From positions 1-56,130 of the IMG/VR virus record IMGVR_UViG_3300037333_000141: a stretch of 56,130 bases of DNA; one strand, given 5' to 3'. The position numbers and the translations under genes were made by a program. The notes beneath the pieces were generated by a model that saw only the letters and a program-made list of their open reading frames with translations, was not told the origin of the DNA and did not search any database. The stretch is from a virus. Taxonomy: Duplodnaviria > Caudoviricetes. Of this stretch, positions 47,537 through 56,130 are shown one piece after another (positions within the stretch are counted from its first letter, which is position 1; each line of letters begins with the position of its first letter).

Positions 47537-48276
47537 ATTATGATATAAAACAAATTGAGCCAATGAAAGAGAACACACGTGAGGAACTAGATAGATACCT
47601 TGCTGATGTTAGTGGTGTTGTACGTGATACAACTATTAAGAATCCAAACAAGTTGACTAATAGATTACTTAAAGAGAGTTATGGTGACAAAGCCTCATCT
47701 GTTTTTCATTTCGTACCTGTTACTATGGACGCTCAAAGTGTACTAAAGATATTAGAAACTCGTGATATGTTTCAATACTTTGGATTCTTTAAAGAGGGTA
47801 AGTATTATACAAATATGAGAGAGTTGTTAATGTGGGGTGCTTCAGTAGATGAAGCTATTGTGAATGTTGATTTTACCCATTATAAAGCTTTTACTGCACT
47901 TGTTCCAAATTTTGTATATGCTCAAATTAGAACTCATACACAGGTAAACTTTCTACAACAAAGTAACAGATATGTTAGTGTAGATTATGGGTACTTTATG
48001 CCTGATGAAGTTGATATGAGTCAGGTGGAATGGGTAGGTGTTGTTGATTATAGTAATCCATTAGGTTTAGTTAACTTTATGAAAAAATCAGGTGTAAAGC
48101 GTACTGAAATCTTTAACAGAGGTAAAGACTCTTTACAAATACGTCCATTCAGCATAGGTTTAAACACTTTAAATCCACACTCTGCTGAACACTTTTTCAA
48201 CCAACGTGCAAAAGACTTACACACTCAAGAAGAGACTCGTGAGTTTGCTACAGCTCTAATGCAGGAGGTTTATTAA
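47533..48276 (+). CDS. thyX: ThyX-like flavin-dependent thymidylate synthase (degenerate motif)
   Basis: SVFHF, VPNFVYAQIRTH...QQSNRYV, F..QR...HTQEE.RE.A. Confidence 0.7.
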   Translation: MNYDIKQIEPMKENTREELDRYLADVSGVVRDTTIKNPNKLTNRLLKESYGDKASSVFHFVPVTMDAQSVLKILETRDMFQYFGFFKEGKYYTNMRELLMWGASVDEAIVNVDFTHYKAFTALVPNFVYAQIRTHTQVNFLQQSNRYVSVDYGYFMPDEVDMSQVEWVGVVDYSNPLGLVNFMKKSGVKRTEIFNRGKDSLQIRPFSIGLNTLNPHSAEHFFNQRAKDLHTQEETREFATALMQEVY

Positions 48277-48277
48277 G

Positions 48278-48478
48278 ATGGTAGGTAAAGCGTTTGAGCA
48301 TAAAGATGGTGGCTTATATACAGTGCTTCAGGAAATACTTGTAGATGCCGTGAATGGCGAATTTGGAAAAGTTAAATGTGTTTGGTACTGCGAAAAAGGT
48401 CGTGAGTTAGATGGTGAAGTGTGGATAAGAACTGTATCACATTTCAATAATAGTTTCAAGGAGATAATAGATGGATAG
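48278..48478 (+). CDS. DUF1653-like protein
   Basis: H.DGG.Y.V...V.Y...VWIR....F. Confidence 0.6.
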   Translation: MVGKAFEHKDGGLYTVLQEILVDAVNGEFGKVKCVWYCEKGRELDGEVWIRTVSHFNNSFKEIIDG

Positions 48479-48668
48479 TTGTAATCAGTTAGGGTATATA
48501 CTGTTAATAATCACCTTGATCGCTACATCATATCTAAGCTATAAAGATGGTGGTAAGAGTTTCTTTTTTGGTGATTTAACAGAGATTGAAAAAGACAGAA
48601 GAGAGTTACAAGGATTAGAACTTAAATTAAAGTTGAAAGAAGTTAAGGAGAAATTAGATGTCAAATAA
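48471..48668 (+). CDS. Small membrane protein
   Basis: N-terminal TM, C-terminal coiled coil. Confidence 0.55.
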   Translation: MDSCNQLGYILLIITLIATSYLSYKDGGKSFFFGDLTEIEKDRRELQGLELKLKLKEVKEKLDVK

Positions 48669-48855
48669 TATTATGTGTTTTTTCATTAAGCTTATATTAT
48701 TTTCGTACCTAACATATCTTATTGTAATGATAACTGTTTCTGCACCTATAGGATTTTTATTTTATGGATTATATGGTTTAAAAGAAGCTTTTATAGATGA
48801 AAAATCTTTATCATACTCAACTTACAAACAGCAAAAAGGAGAAATTAGATGTTAA
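48658..48855 (+). CDS. Small membrane protein
   Basis: Long hydrophobic stretch. Confidence 0.55.
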   Translation: MSNNIMCFFIKLILFSYLTYLIVMITVSAPIGFLFYGLYGLKEAFIDEKSLSYSTYKQQKGEIRC

Positions 48856-48981
48856 ACAGAAAAAAGATATATAACACTCAGTAATTGGAGTAGTTTAAAA
48901 ATGAGAGAAAAGATAAACACACTCATGCGAATACAGTTAACTTCATAAAAGAACTGATTGAAATAGTGGAGGAATAAGAGT

Positions 48982-49284
48982 TTGCATTTTATAGCATTAG
49001 CGATATTATTTTTTTATATTGCCTGTGCTTTTATTGATACTTTTAAACTTTTAAAGAGCTATAAAAAAAGCAATTTAAGAGTTTATTATCTATCTAAGCA
49101 TTGGAGAAAAATACGTAAAGAAGTTTTAGTAAGAGATGATTATAGATGTCAAATTTGCAACAGTAATAAAGAGTTGCAAGTACACCATCTTCACTATGAG
49201 AACAACTTAGAGAACACTAAGCATTACCAGTTAATAACAGTATGTTCAAAGTGTCATAAACAGTTACACAAAAAGAGGAAGTAG
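48982..49284 (+). CDS. HNH endonuclease with hydrophobic N-terminus
   Basis: WRKIRKEVLVRD.YRCQIC...LQVHH...LITVCSKCHKQLH. Confidence 0.85.
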   Translation: MHFIALAILFFYIACAFIDTFKLLKSYKKSNLRVYYLSKHWRKIRKEVLVRDDYRCQICNSNKELQVHHLHYENNLENTKHYQLITVCSKCHKQLHKKRK

Positions 49285-49659
49285 ATGAGTAAAATACAAT
49301 TCATATTAACCAATATAAAACCTACCCCACTGAATAAATTACATATTCCAATCATAAGGAATGGAAAGCCGACAAAAATACTATCTAGTGAGGCAAGACA
49401 ACAAAAAAAACTTATTCAAATGGAAGCTATAAGACAAAATAAAACTGATGTCTTACAAGGACATATCACTTTCTATATGGATATATTAGTTAAAAAAATA
49501 AAGTCGCCTGACATAGACGCTCTTTTAAAACAGTTGTTAGATGCTTTTGAGGGAATTTATTACAAAAACGACAAGCAAATAGTTGATTTAAGAGTGCGCA
49601 AGCACTTTAACAGTGGTAAAGATGAGATAGTAATAGAGATTAAAGAAATTTCTATTTAA
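49285..49659 (+). CDS. rusA: RusA Holliday junction resolvase
   Basis: PDIDALLKQLLDAFEGIYYKNDKQIV. Confidence 0.88.
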   Translation: MSKIQFILTNIKPTPLNKLHIPIIRNGKPTKILSSEARQQKKLIQMEAIRQNKTDVLQGHITFYMDILVKKIKSPDIDALLKQLLDAFEGIYYKNDKQIVDLRVRKHFNSGKDEIVIEIKEISI

Positions 49660-50218
49660 AGCTATCTATCTTTGCTTTTAGTGCTTGAAGTGCTGAAATT
49701 GTAGATGGGTCAAGTGTTGCTGGTACTCCTAAGTTTCCTATAACTATTAAATCTGTAACTGCTTGTATAGTGTCGCTTAGTGTTGATGTATATTCAGCCG
49801 TACTATTTTTTACATTGAATTGAGTAGTATTTAAAATAGTTTTGTCTGCATTATTTAAAGTTAATGATTTTGTGTTTATTACACTCTCTTCTATATCACC
49901 ATCTATTCCACTAATCAAAAGTTTTTTATCTGTTAATATTTGCACTTCATCACTGTTCTCTAATTTATAGATTTTCTTTGTTTCTTTATCTGTCCCTTGC
50001 TGAGTGCTACCCAAAATAAAGCACTCGCTATCGTTTTGAATAGCTACTAAAACTTCTGTTCCAACTTTTACGTTTGGTTTTTGCTCTCTACTATCTAATA
50101 TAATAGGATTTATAAAAACTGCTTTGACTATTTGATTGCTTGGAATTAATTTTACAGTTATATATCTACTACTTGTTTCGTTTGGATTATCCTGTGTTAT
50201 TCCGCTTATTATTATCAT
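49652..50218 (-). CDS. Baseplate central spike (gpV/gp5-like)
   Basis: OB-fold P.VG..VLV.....F.LG; beta-rich C-terminus. Confidence 0.65.
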   Translation of the reverse strand: MIIISGITQDNPNETSSRYITVKLIPSNQIVKAVFINPIILDSREQKPNVKVGTEVLVAIQNDSECFILGSTQQGTDKETKKIYKLENSDEVQILTDKKLLISGIDGDIEESVINTKSLTLNNADKTILNTTQFNVKNSTAEYTSTLSDTIQAVTDLIVIGNLGVPATLDPSTISALQALKAKIDSFK

Positions 50219-51003
50219 ACTTCAACACCAGAAGTTACAACAACAGTTTGCTGTCCTTTGTAGAAAAAAATTTCAGTCTCCATCACTATAGTTTTTTCAT
50301 CTAATATAACAATTTTATCGCCCAAAGATAAGTTGCTACTAATTCCTTTCAATTCAAATTTAGGCACAAGAAAGCTATCTAAAGAAGTTATATCATCACT
50401 GTTTGAAAATGGTAAAAATCTACTAACTCCAATACCTTTTTTAGTACTGACGACATCTCCATTATCTAGTATAGTGTAAAAGTTTTTCATTATATTATTA
50501 TACTCTATGTCAGAATATATTAAATTTTCTATTTTCTTTTCATCCTTAAGCATTAGTGTTTTTAGATGTGATTTTGTAGTTATTCCATCTTCATTTATTG
50601 ATAATAGTAGATTTTTTTTTCTAAGATTAAATATAAAGTATTCAAGCTGATTGTTTGCATTTTCCAAATAGTCTTCAAACGATATAGATAAAAAGTTTTC
50701 AGTTGTATCTACTTTATTGTTAATCATCATGCTGAATTTTTCTTCGAGAAAAGTATATCTTGAAAATACATCACCATCTATGTTTTCATAATCTTTATTA
50801 TGTAATACTAACTTAATAATATTTCCATTTTCAAGTAAAATAGATACTACATCATCTTTTTTTATTTGTACTTGCTTTCTAGTTCCAACTTGTATATTTA
50901 TTGCTACACCATACACATAAGATTTATTGTGCTGAAAAATAATGTCTTTTTCACTTAATATTATTTCTGTAACATCTTTATTAAAAATAGAATTTACAAG
51001 CAA
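50215..51003 (-). CDS. Probable baseplate hub protein
   Basis: Position before spike; L.LGD.I motif. Confidence 0.45.
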   Translation of the reverse strand: MLVNSIFNKDVTEIILSEKDIIFQHNKSYVYGVAINIQVGTRKQVQIKKDDVVSILLENGNIIKLVLHNKDYENIDGDVFSRYTFLEEKFSMMINNKVDTTENFLSISFEDYLENANNQLEYFIFNLRKKNLLLSINEDGITTKSHLKTLMLKDEKKIENLIYSDIEYNNIMKNFYTILDNGDVVSTKKGIGVSRFLPFSNSDDITSLDSFLVPKFELKGISSNLSLGDKIVILDEKTIVMETEIFFYKGQQTVVVTSGVEV

Positions 51004-51018
51004 ATCATATCTCCATTA

Positions 51019-51681
51019 TTAGTATTTTGGAATACCAAAAATTTCGTGTTTCTTATGAATATCTGATGAGTGTAGTTTGAAATATTGCTCAGTCATAACT
51101 CCACTTATATACATAGCTTTAGCTATTGAGTTTTCATCTGACTGTTGCTCAAATTGAGCATTTTCAAATCCTTTCAGTTGTATTTCTCCGAAGTTATCAC
51201 AACGATAAAACTCATTTGGATTTTCGTCATCATTAACTCGTAATGAATAGTTTATAGATTTTAATTTTGTAGATATAATTCTCTTTATTTCAAGTTGTAA
51301 GTTTAGAGAAGACAATGAGTTTGAAGATAATATTATTATTTGAAAGTCAACATCATATTCAAACCACACACCATCAAGTAAATATGAATTATCGTTGTTA
51401 GTCATTTCTATATTTTGATTGTTTTCATACTTTAGCAATGTTGTTTCGTCTGTTCGTATCGAATTTCCTCTTGCTAATATTATGTTCGGAACTTTTAAGT
51501 TATCTACAGATGAAATAATTGTGTTTAAGTTTCCTTTTAAATCATTTTCTATTATGCTAACTTTAAAACCATTTCTCAAATCATCAATATTATAAATTGT
51601 CGATATTTTGTCTAGTTCATCTTTCATCACTTGTGCTAAAGTAAGTAAACTTGTATTTGTGTTATGTTCTAAATATATCAT
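51019..51681 (-). CDS. Probable tail completion protein
   Basis: P.I.L.R, Y.VDFQI.I.S pattern; position. Confidence 0.4.
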   Translation of the reverse strand: MIYLEHNTNTSLLTLAQVMKDELDKISTIYNIDDLRNGFKVSIIENDLKGNLNTIISSVDNLKVPNIILARGNSIRTDETTLLKYENNQNIEMTNNDNSYLLDGVWFEYDVDFQIIILSSNSLSSLNLQLEIKRIISTKLKSINYSLRVNDDENPNEFYRCDNFGEIQLKGFENAQFEQQSDENSIAKAMYISGVMTEQYFKLHSSDIHKKHEIFGIPKY

Positions 51682-52049
51682 TATACTACTACGCTACTCT
51701 CTTCATCTAAATTTATTATAAATTCATCATTTACTACAAGTGCTGTTTTTTCTGATATATCTAACACTTCGAGTATATTGTCGTTGCTATTACAAAAGTA
51801 TATTCTGTCGAATGTTGTTTCTAGTTGTAAAGTCTCTTGTATTACTACTGCTAACTTTTTATCTCCTATTACCTGAGTATTTGGAAGTGTTTGAACTTTG
51901 TTTGATAATTGAGAAATATCATCTTTTATTATCTCTCCACCGCTGTTATTCAAGTAAGCATATTTAACGTATGCTCCTCCATCTTTTGATAATGTCTCTC
52001 TAACTATTTGCTCTACGAAGTAAGATTTAGAAGTTAATACATTAGCCAT
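51681..52049 (-). CDS. Hypothetical tail-region protein
   Basis: AAGGA RBS and upstream TATAAT. Confidence 0.6.
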   Translation of the reverse strand: MANVLTSKSYFVEQIVRETLSKDGGAYVKYAYLNNSGGEIIKDDISQLSNKVQTLPNTQVIGDKKLAVVIQETLQLETTFDRIYFCNSNDNILEVLDISEKTALVVNDEFIINLDEESSVVV

Positions 52050-52097
52050 TGTTAATTCCTTTTATTATATTATACTAAGTTTTAATAACTTTTAAAA

Positions 52098-52499
52098 TTA
52101 TTTTCTTTCATTGAAAACAATATCCGCAAGTCTTTTCGCTCTATTTGGAGTTTGTTTTGCCCATCTACTATCTAACATCTCTGCACTAGCTTTTTTGTAA
52201 TCAGCACTTTTTAATGCACTCCACATCTTTTTAAACTTTAACAATCCAGACACGCCAAGTTGATAAGCCATTTCATATAAAACTTCTTGTATCTTCACTG
52301 GAAGATATTCAACAAATGGATAATGTGTAATTAAATCTTTAATCTTCTTATCTAATCTATGCTCTAATATTAGTTGTGCTTCATCTTTGCTCAAAGGTAA
52401 TTTAGTACCAAATCCTATGGTAGGATAGCCTAAAGAGTCGTCATAAACATCACTTGAAAACCCCTCACTCTCTTTTATTCTTTCGACTAAATTTTTCAC
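52098..52499 (-). CDS. Endolysin, GH24 (T4-like) lysozyme
   Basis: EGF...YDDSLGYPTIGFG...DSRWAKQTPNRAKR. Confidence 0.92.
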   Translation of the reverse strand: MKNLVERIKESEGFSSDVYDDSLGYPTIGFGTKLPLSKDEAQLILEHRLDKKIKDLITHYPFVEYLPVKIQEVLYEMAYQLGVSGLLKFKKMWSALKSADYKKASAEMLDSRWAKQTPNRAKRLADIVFNERK

Positions 52500-52870
52500 T
52501 ACTTTTCCTTTACTGTATTTGCTACATTTATTCCAAACGAAACACTTACTATTCCTGAATACATTGCCGTTATTGGAACAAATAAATTAGTTATACTATT
52601 TACTGCAAGTTTTATTCCATTAACATCACCAAATTTGAATGATTGTGCTAGTATTAAAAATAACACAACAAATATATAAACCATGTATAAAAAAGACACT
52701 TTACGAGATATGTCTCTGCGCATCAGACCATTTGGGTCTAGCGTCTTAACCATCAATGCTTTAGCTTCTGCACTCTCTATATCTGTCTGTATATATTCTT
52801 TAGCAATATTCTCAACAGATTTTAAAACACCGCCATTAACAATATTGCTAACTATTGATAAAAATCCCAT
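52499..52870 (-). CDS. Holin-like membrane protein
   Basis: Two TM segments; adjacent to endolysin. Confidence 0.65.
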   Translation of the reverse strand: MGFLSIVSNIVNGGVLKSVENIAKEYIQTDIESAEAKALMVKTLDPNGLMRRDISRKVSFLYMVYIFVVLFLILAQSFKFGDVNGIKLAVNSITNLFVPITAMYSGIVSVSFGINVANTVKEK

Positions 52871-52887
52871 ATTTAAAAACCTTTATT

Positions 52888-53295
52888 TTAATTTATTTTG
52901 TGCAATAAAGAAACAAGCTCTTCTAACTTTCCCTCTGTTTTTTCAACAGAGCGCTGTATAGTTTCCATAGTTTCTTTTGTAAATTGCATTTTTAGTTCTA
53001 ATGTTTTTAGGTGTAAGTCCAACTCTTTATTTTGAACAAACTGCTCTTCTGCATTTTTAATGTTTAAAAAAGTTTTCCTTTCTTGCTCAAGAACAGTGAT
53101 TTTATCACTTAAAGCATCTATACGTCTAAATTGTGCATCAAGTTTTTTATCTGCATCTTTAGATATTATTTTATCGTTTTCTATATGTTTATCAACAACT
53201 GTTTCATTAGCAGAAACTCTATATCTTAGCACTGCATATGTACTAACAGAACCAGCTAATGCAATAGCGAAACTTACCATCCAAGACTCAACCAT
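52888..53295 (-). CDS. N-terminal TM plus coiled-coil lysis-region protein
   Basis: Hydrophobic N-terminus; position before holin. Confidence 0.55.
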   Translation of the reverse strand: MVESWMVSFAIALAGSVSTYAVLRYRVSANETVVDKHIENDKIISKDADKKLDAQFRRIDALSDKITVLEQERKTFLNIKNAEEQFVQNKELDLHLKTLELKMQFTKETMETIQRSVEKTEGKLEELVSLLHKIN

Positions 53296-53702
53296 TAGTA
53301 CTCATCTCCTTGCTTTAACTTAGGAACTTGCTTTATGCTAAATGCATCAAAGATACCAAACTCATTGCCATTAAGTTCATAAAACTTAATCTCGCTAACA
53401 TCTGATACACCATCAAACATATCAACTATATCACTTGCTTTCATGAACTCTTTGAGAGCATTTTCAGCATCCTTGTTAGCAACCAATAACCATCTGAATT
53501 TCATAAATCTTTCATCTATAGCTGGTACTGGTGTGAAAGCCTTACCTAACTCTTTGCCTAGTTGATTAAGTGTTCCATAGCTTCCATCGTCTAACTTGAA
53601 TCTCTCGTCTTCTACCGCTACATCAAGCATACCTTTTGGTACGATGATGTATGTGTAAGCATTTCTCAGCTCACTTAGTAATCTATCTTTATTTATAAAC
53701 AT
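53295..53702 (-). CDS. Hypothetical protein (possible fibre chaperone)
   Basis: Follows LamG fibre gene; AAGGAG RBS. Confidence 0.55.
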   Translation of the reverse strand: MFINKDRLLSELRNAYTYIIVPKGMLDVAVEDERFKLDDGSYGTLNQLGKELGKAFTPVPAIDERFMKFRWLLVANKDAENALKEFMKASDIVDMFDGVSDVSEIKFYELNGNEFGIFDAFSIKQVPKLKQGDEY

Positions 53703-53705
53703 TTG

Positions 53706-55634
53706 TTACTCTCCTTTAAGTAGTTTTACTGCGTTTGCACCTAGTGTATCTGATTTTTCTTCATTGTAATTTAGGTAGTTATCTCCATACCATAATTTAA
53801 AGTAGTTTAATTCACCCACAACATTACTCGTAACTTTGTCCCCAAACACTAGACCAGATGGTGCGAAACTATGGTCAAATGTTTGGTCTACTTCACCATC
53901 AATCTTTAAAAAACCATCCGTTTCTTTTATGTGAAAACTGTAGTGATGTGGCAACTCATCTTCTATGTAAAAATGTACAGGTGTGTTATCTCCATCACCA
54001 TCGTATAGATACAGAGATGCTTGTGTTTTGTTCCACGACTTCTCTAACATCATGTATAGCCCATAGTCACCATCTTTTGACCACATAAAATACCTACTAT
54101 CATAAGTAAACTCCCTAGCTAAAACAAACTCAATAACAAACCCATCACCACTATTTAACTCAGTATCAGTCAATCGTAAGTCCATAACTCTACCGCCATC
54201 AAATTTATAGCTTTTAAAATCTGAAACAAGTGATACATTAACACCATCGAATGTATCTAGTATGTTTTGTCTACCATAGCTTATATTTTGTGCATCATCT
54301 CTACACGAGTCTGTGAAGTTTTCGACTTGTGAAATATTAGGAATCTTACGAATAGTTTCGTAAGTTACAGTGGCATCGAATGTATTTTCTACTGTCCCAT
54401 CGAATTGCACTTCTATAGCTTCCTTGGACTCATAGTAATTATCTATAAATTCATAAGTATACACACCAACATCAAGTGTTGTATCGGAACCCAAGAGCTG
54501 ATATTCGCCAATTACTTTATTTAAATGGGCAGTCCCTGAAGTTATTTCAATCGTTATCTTAATGACAAACAACTCACCATCGACACGATTGCTGTTAGTT
54601 ATTCTACAATATGGGTGGTATGTCTCATCTGTATCAGACTCATTATGGATAGTAAACACATTAGTATCTACTTCACAAGTATTATCATCTCCACTTGTTG
54701 CTGGTGTGGCACCATCAGATGAAGCACCGTTTGCTTCTTCAACATACCCAACCATATTTCTAACTGAGTGTATTTTCTCATTCATTGGGTAGTAGGCTAC
54801 AATATCATCTATAACACTTTGAGGTAACACTTTAGATTTTAGTACACCGTGATACTCATCACCAACTAGCTCTTTGTCTACATAGAGGAATGCTTCTGGA
54901 TACTCGAAGTGTGCTTTGATTTGTGATTGTGTTAATGCTTTGTTTATTACAATAACTTCATTAACAATACCTTCAAAATATACAGAACTTTCACCTATTA
55001 TAATGTTTGTGTCTGCTGGTGCTGTACTGTCTAACTGTAGCATAACACTATCTTTAAGTATTCCATTTACATACAGAGATAACATTTTATCTAAACATAC
55101 TATTCCATATGTGTTATGCAATTCTGTGTTACATTCTCCATATAGGTAGTAGGAACCAAACTGCAACTGGACTTTATCACTGTATAGCTTATATCTAAGT
55201 CTTGTAGTGTCTCCACCTACATACTGAGATACTGAACCTTCCTCACCATAAGCACCACTAAATGAAGATATTAGTGTAAAATTATCAGATGTTATTTTTA
55301 CACCAGTATCAATACTTTGGTCTTCACCGTTAAACTTAATTCCTTGACCATTATGTAGAGGTGTGTTTATACCAGTACCACCATTATCGTTTAGGTATCT
55401 AGTACCATCTTCACCTGTAACTATATCACCAAACGCATGCTGTACATCAGCTTCATAGTGTTCAGTTAATGGTATAACATCACCACCCATTAAACAAGAC
55501 TTACCAAACCAGTAGCTATTAGCTCCAAGCCCAGCACAAGATGAATCATAACCATCCATTAGTACTTGCTTTTTAGCTACAATTATATCCGATGAAAAAT
55601 TAATATTTTCATTATTTAGTCCTGTAATTATCAT
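53706..55634 (-). CDS. LamG/ConA-like domain tail-fibre or receptor-binding protein
   Basis: FNGEDQSID, LYVNG, IIIG...FEG.VNEV...NKALT..QI, YYPMNE; second repeat LKIDG. Confidence 0.75.
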   Translation of the reverse strand: MIITGLNNENINFSSDIIVAKKQVLMDGYDSSCAGLGANSYWFGKSCLMGGDVIPLTEHYEADVQHAFGDIVTGEDGTRYLNDNGGTGINTPLHNGQGIKFNGEDQSIDTGVKITSDNFTLISSFSGAYGEEGSVSQYVGGDTTRLRYKLYSDKVQLQFGSYYLYGECNTELHNTYGIVCLDKMLSLYVNGILKDSVMLQLDSTAPADTNIIIGESSVYFEGIVNEVIVINKALTQSQIKAHFEYPEAFLYVDKELVGDEYHGVLKSKVLPQSVIDDIVAYYPMNEKIHSVRNMVGYVEEANGASSDGATPATSGDDNTCEVDTNVFTIHNESDTDETYHPYCRITNSNRVDGELFVIKITIEITSGTAHLNKVIGEYQLLGSDTTLDVGVYTYEFIDNYYESKEAIEVQFDGTVENTFDATVTYETIRKIPNISQVENFTDSCRDDAQNISYGRQNILDTFDGVNVSLVSDFKSYKFDGGRVMDLRLTDTELNSGDGFVIEFVLAREFTYDSRYFMWSKDGDYGLYMMLEKSWNKTQASLYLYDGDGDNTPVHFYIEDELPHHYSFHIKETDGFLKIDGEVDQTFDHSFAPSGLVFGDKVTSNVVGELNYFKLWYGDNYLNYNEEKSDTLGANAVKLLKGE

Positions 55635-55876
55635 TACATAATACTCACTACAACAGAACTTCCGTTTGCACCCTTTCTAAACAATATATCTGTTGCAGTA
55701 TCAAAAACTATGTTTTTATTATGTTCTACAATCAACCGTTTGCCATTAACACTTATTAAAATATTGAATGCACTCTGATTCTGTAATACAGTAACGTTTT
55801 TTAATGTAACATCATCAACTGTATTTTCAAGTACATAGTACTCTCTAACATCATCTTCTATATCTATTGTAATCAT
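55634..55876 (-). CDS. Hypothetical protein
   Basis: 80-aa ORF with AAGGA RBS. Confidence 0.55.
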   Translation of the reverse strand: MITIDIEDDVREYYVLENTVDDVTLKNVTVLQNQSAFNILISVNGKRLIVEHNKNIVFDTATDILFRKGANGSSVVVSIM

Positions 55877-55885
55877 CTTCTATCC

Positions 55886-56130
55886 TTATTTATTATTAAA
55901 TACACAAAATTTTAAAGATATTGCCATATCATTTGGTGAGGTATGTCCAGCAATTAATGTGGATAGCTCTACGACGTAATCTTGAAGTTCATTAGTACAT
56001 ACTTCACTACAAAAACTCTTATCTTTATCTTCATCTACTGCAATAAAAACAAAACCAGCAATTCCAAGATAATCATACTTTTCTCCACGATAAACTCTTT
56101 TTAAACAACTATTTCTAATCTTTAGTTCAT
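55886..56130 (-). CDS. Partial permuted papain-like NlpC/P60 (YiiX/YebB-like) protein
   Basis: Hand-translated GEKYDYLGI.GFV...KSFCSEVC...SPNDM. Confidence 0.7.
   Translation of the reverse strand, partial: ELKIRNSCLKRVYRGEKYDYLGIAGFVFIAVDEDKDKSFCSEVCTNELQDYVVELSTLIAGHTSPNDMAISLKFCVFNNK

Noticed and set aside
3632-55149. Many + strand ORFs antisense to structural genes (e.g. 29287-29985, 17008-17331, 23187-23519)
   Set aside because: Shadow frames of well-supported - strand genes, with Ser/Leu/Phe-rich composition and no recognisable motifs
1-56130. Genome-wide TAG-to-Gln recoding (code 15)
   Set aside because: Long genes have no internal TAG, and TAG ends at 11544, 16100, 20909 and 26885 are followed by stops within a few codons; the TAG-ATG at 346/345 has its own RBS; no suppressor tRNA seen
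1-56130. Circular closure, terminal repeats, tRNAs, DGR, integrase/att sites
   Set aside because: The two ends encode different partial proteins with no overlap; no cloverleaf, reverse transcriptase or recombinase motifs recognised

Overview
A very AT-rich tailed-phage (or prophage) genome segment, probably close to complete, since both ends break inside tail-fibre-region genes. The virion module is P1-like: PacB-type terminase, Prt portal, Pro protease, major capsid, contractile sheath, BplB/Tub/PmgG tube-fold proteins, BplA/PmgA baseplate, and an hdf-darA-...-darB internal-protein cassette. Replication and recombination are lambdoid instead: an O-like initiator with four internal iterons, RecT plus a PD-(D/E)xK exonuclease, SSB and RusA. 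It also carries dUTPase, ThyX-like, C5-MTase and lysis genes. Promoter style, the SSB tail (EIDIDxEEIPF) and the dimeric dUTPase suggest a Campylobacterota host (inference). I see no integrase, ParAB, Cre, clear repressor, tRNA or CRISPR. Three things stand out. (1) A set of promoter-driven, structured, partly paralogous and cross-complementary non-coding RNA loci: a ~480-nt RNA with an antisense partner beside the terminase, and two pseudoknot/kissing-loop leaders ahead of the replication operon. Together they may form an RNA-based control circuit. (2) A Dar-type virion-delivered cassette with unusual cargo, namely a Nudix hydrolase and a beta-clamp-like protein. (3) Several apparent recoding sites or sequence errors. 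All homology calls are motif recognition from memory; no database searches or folding computations were run.
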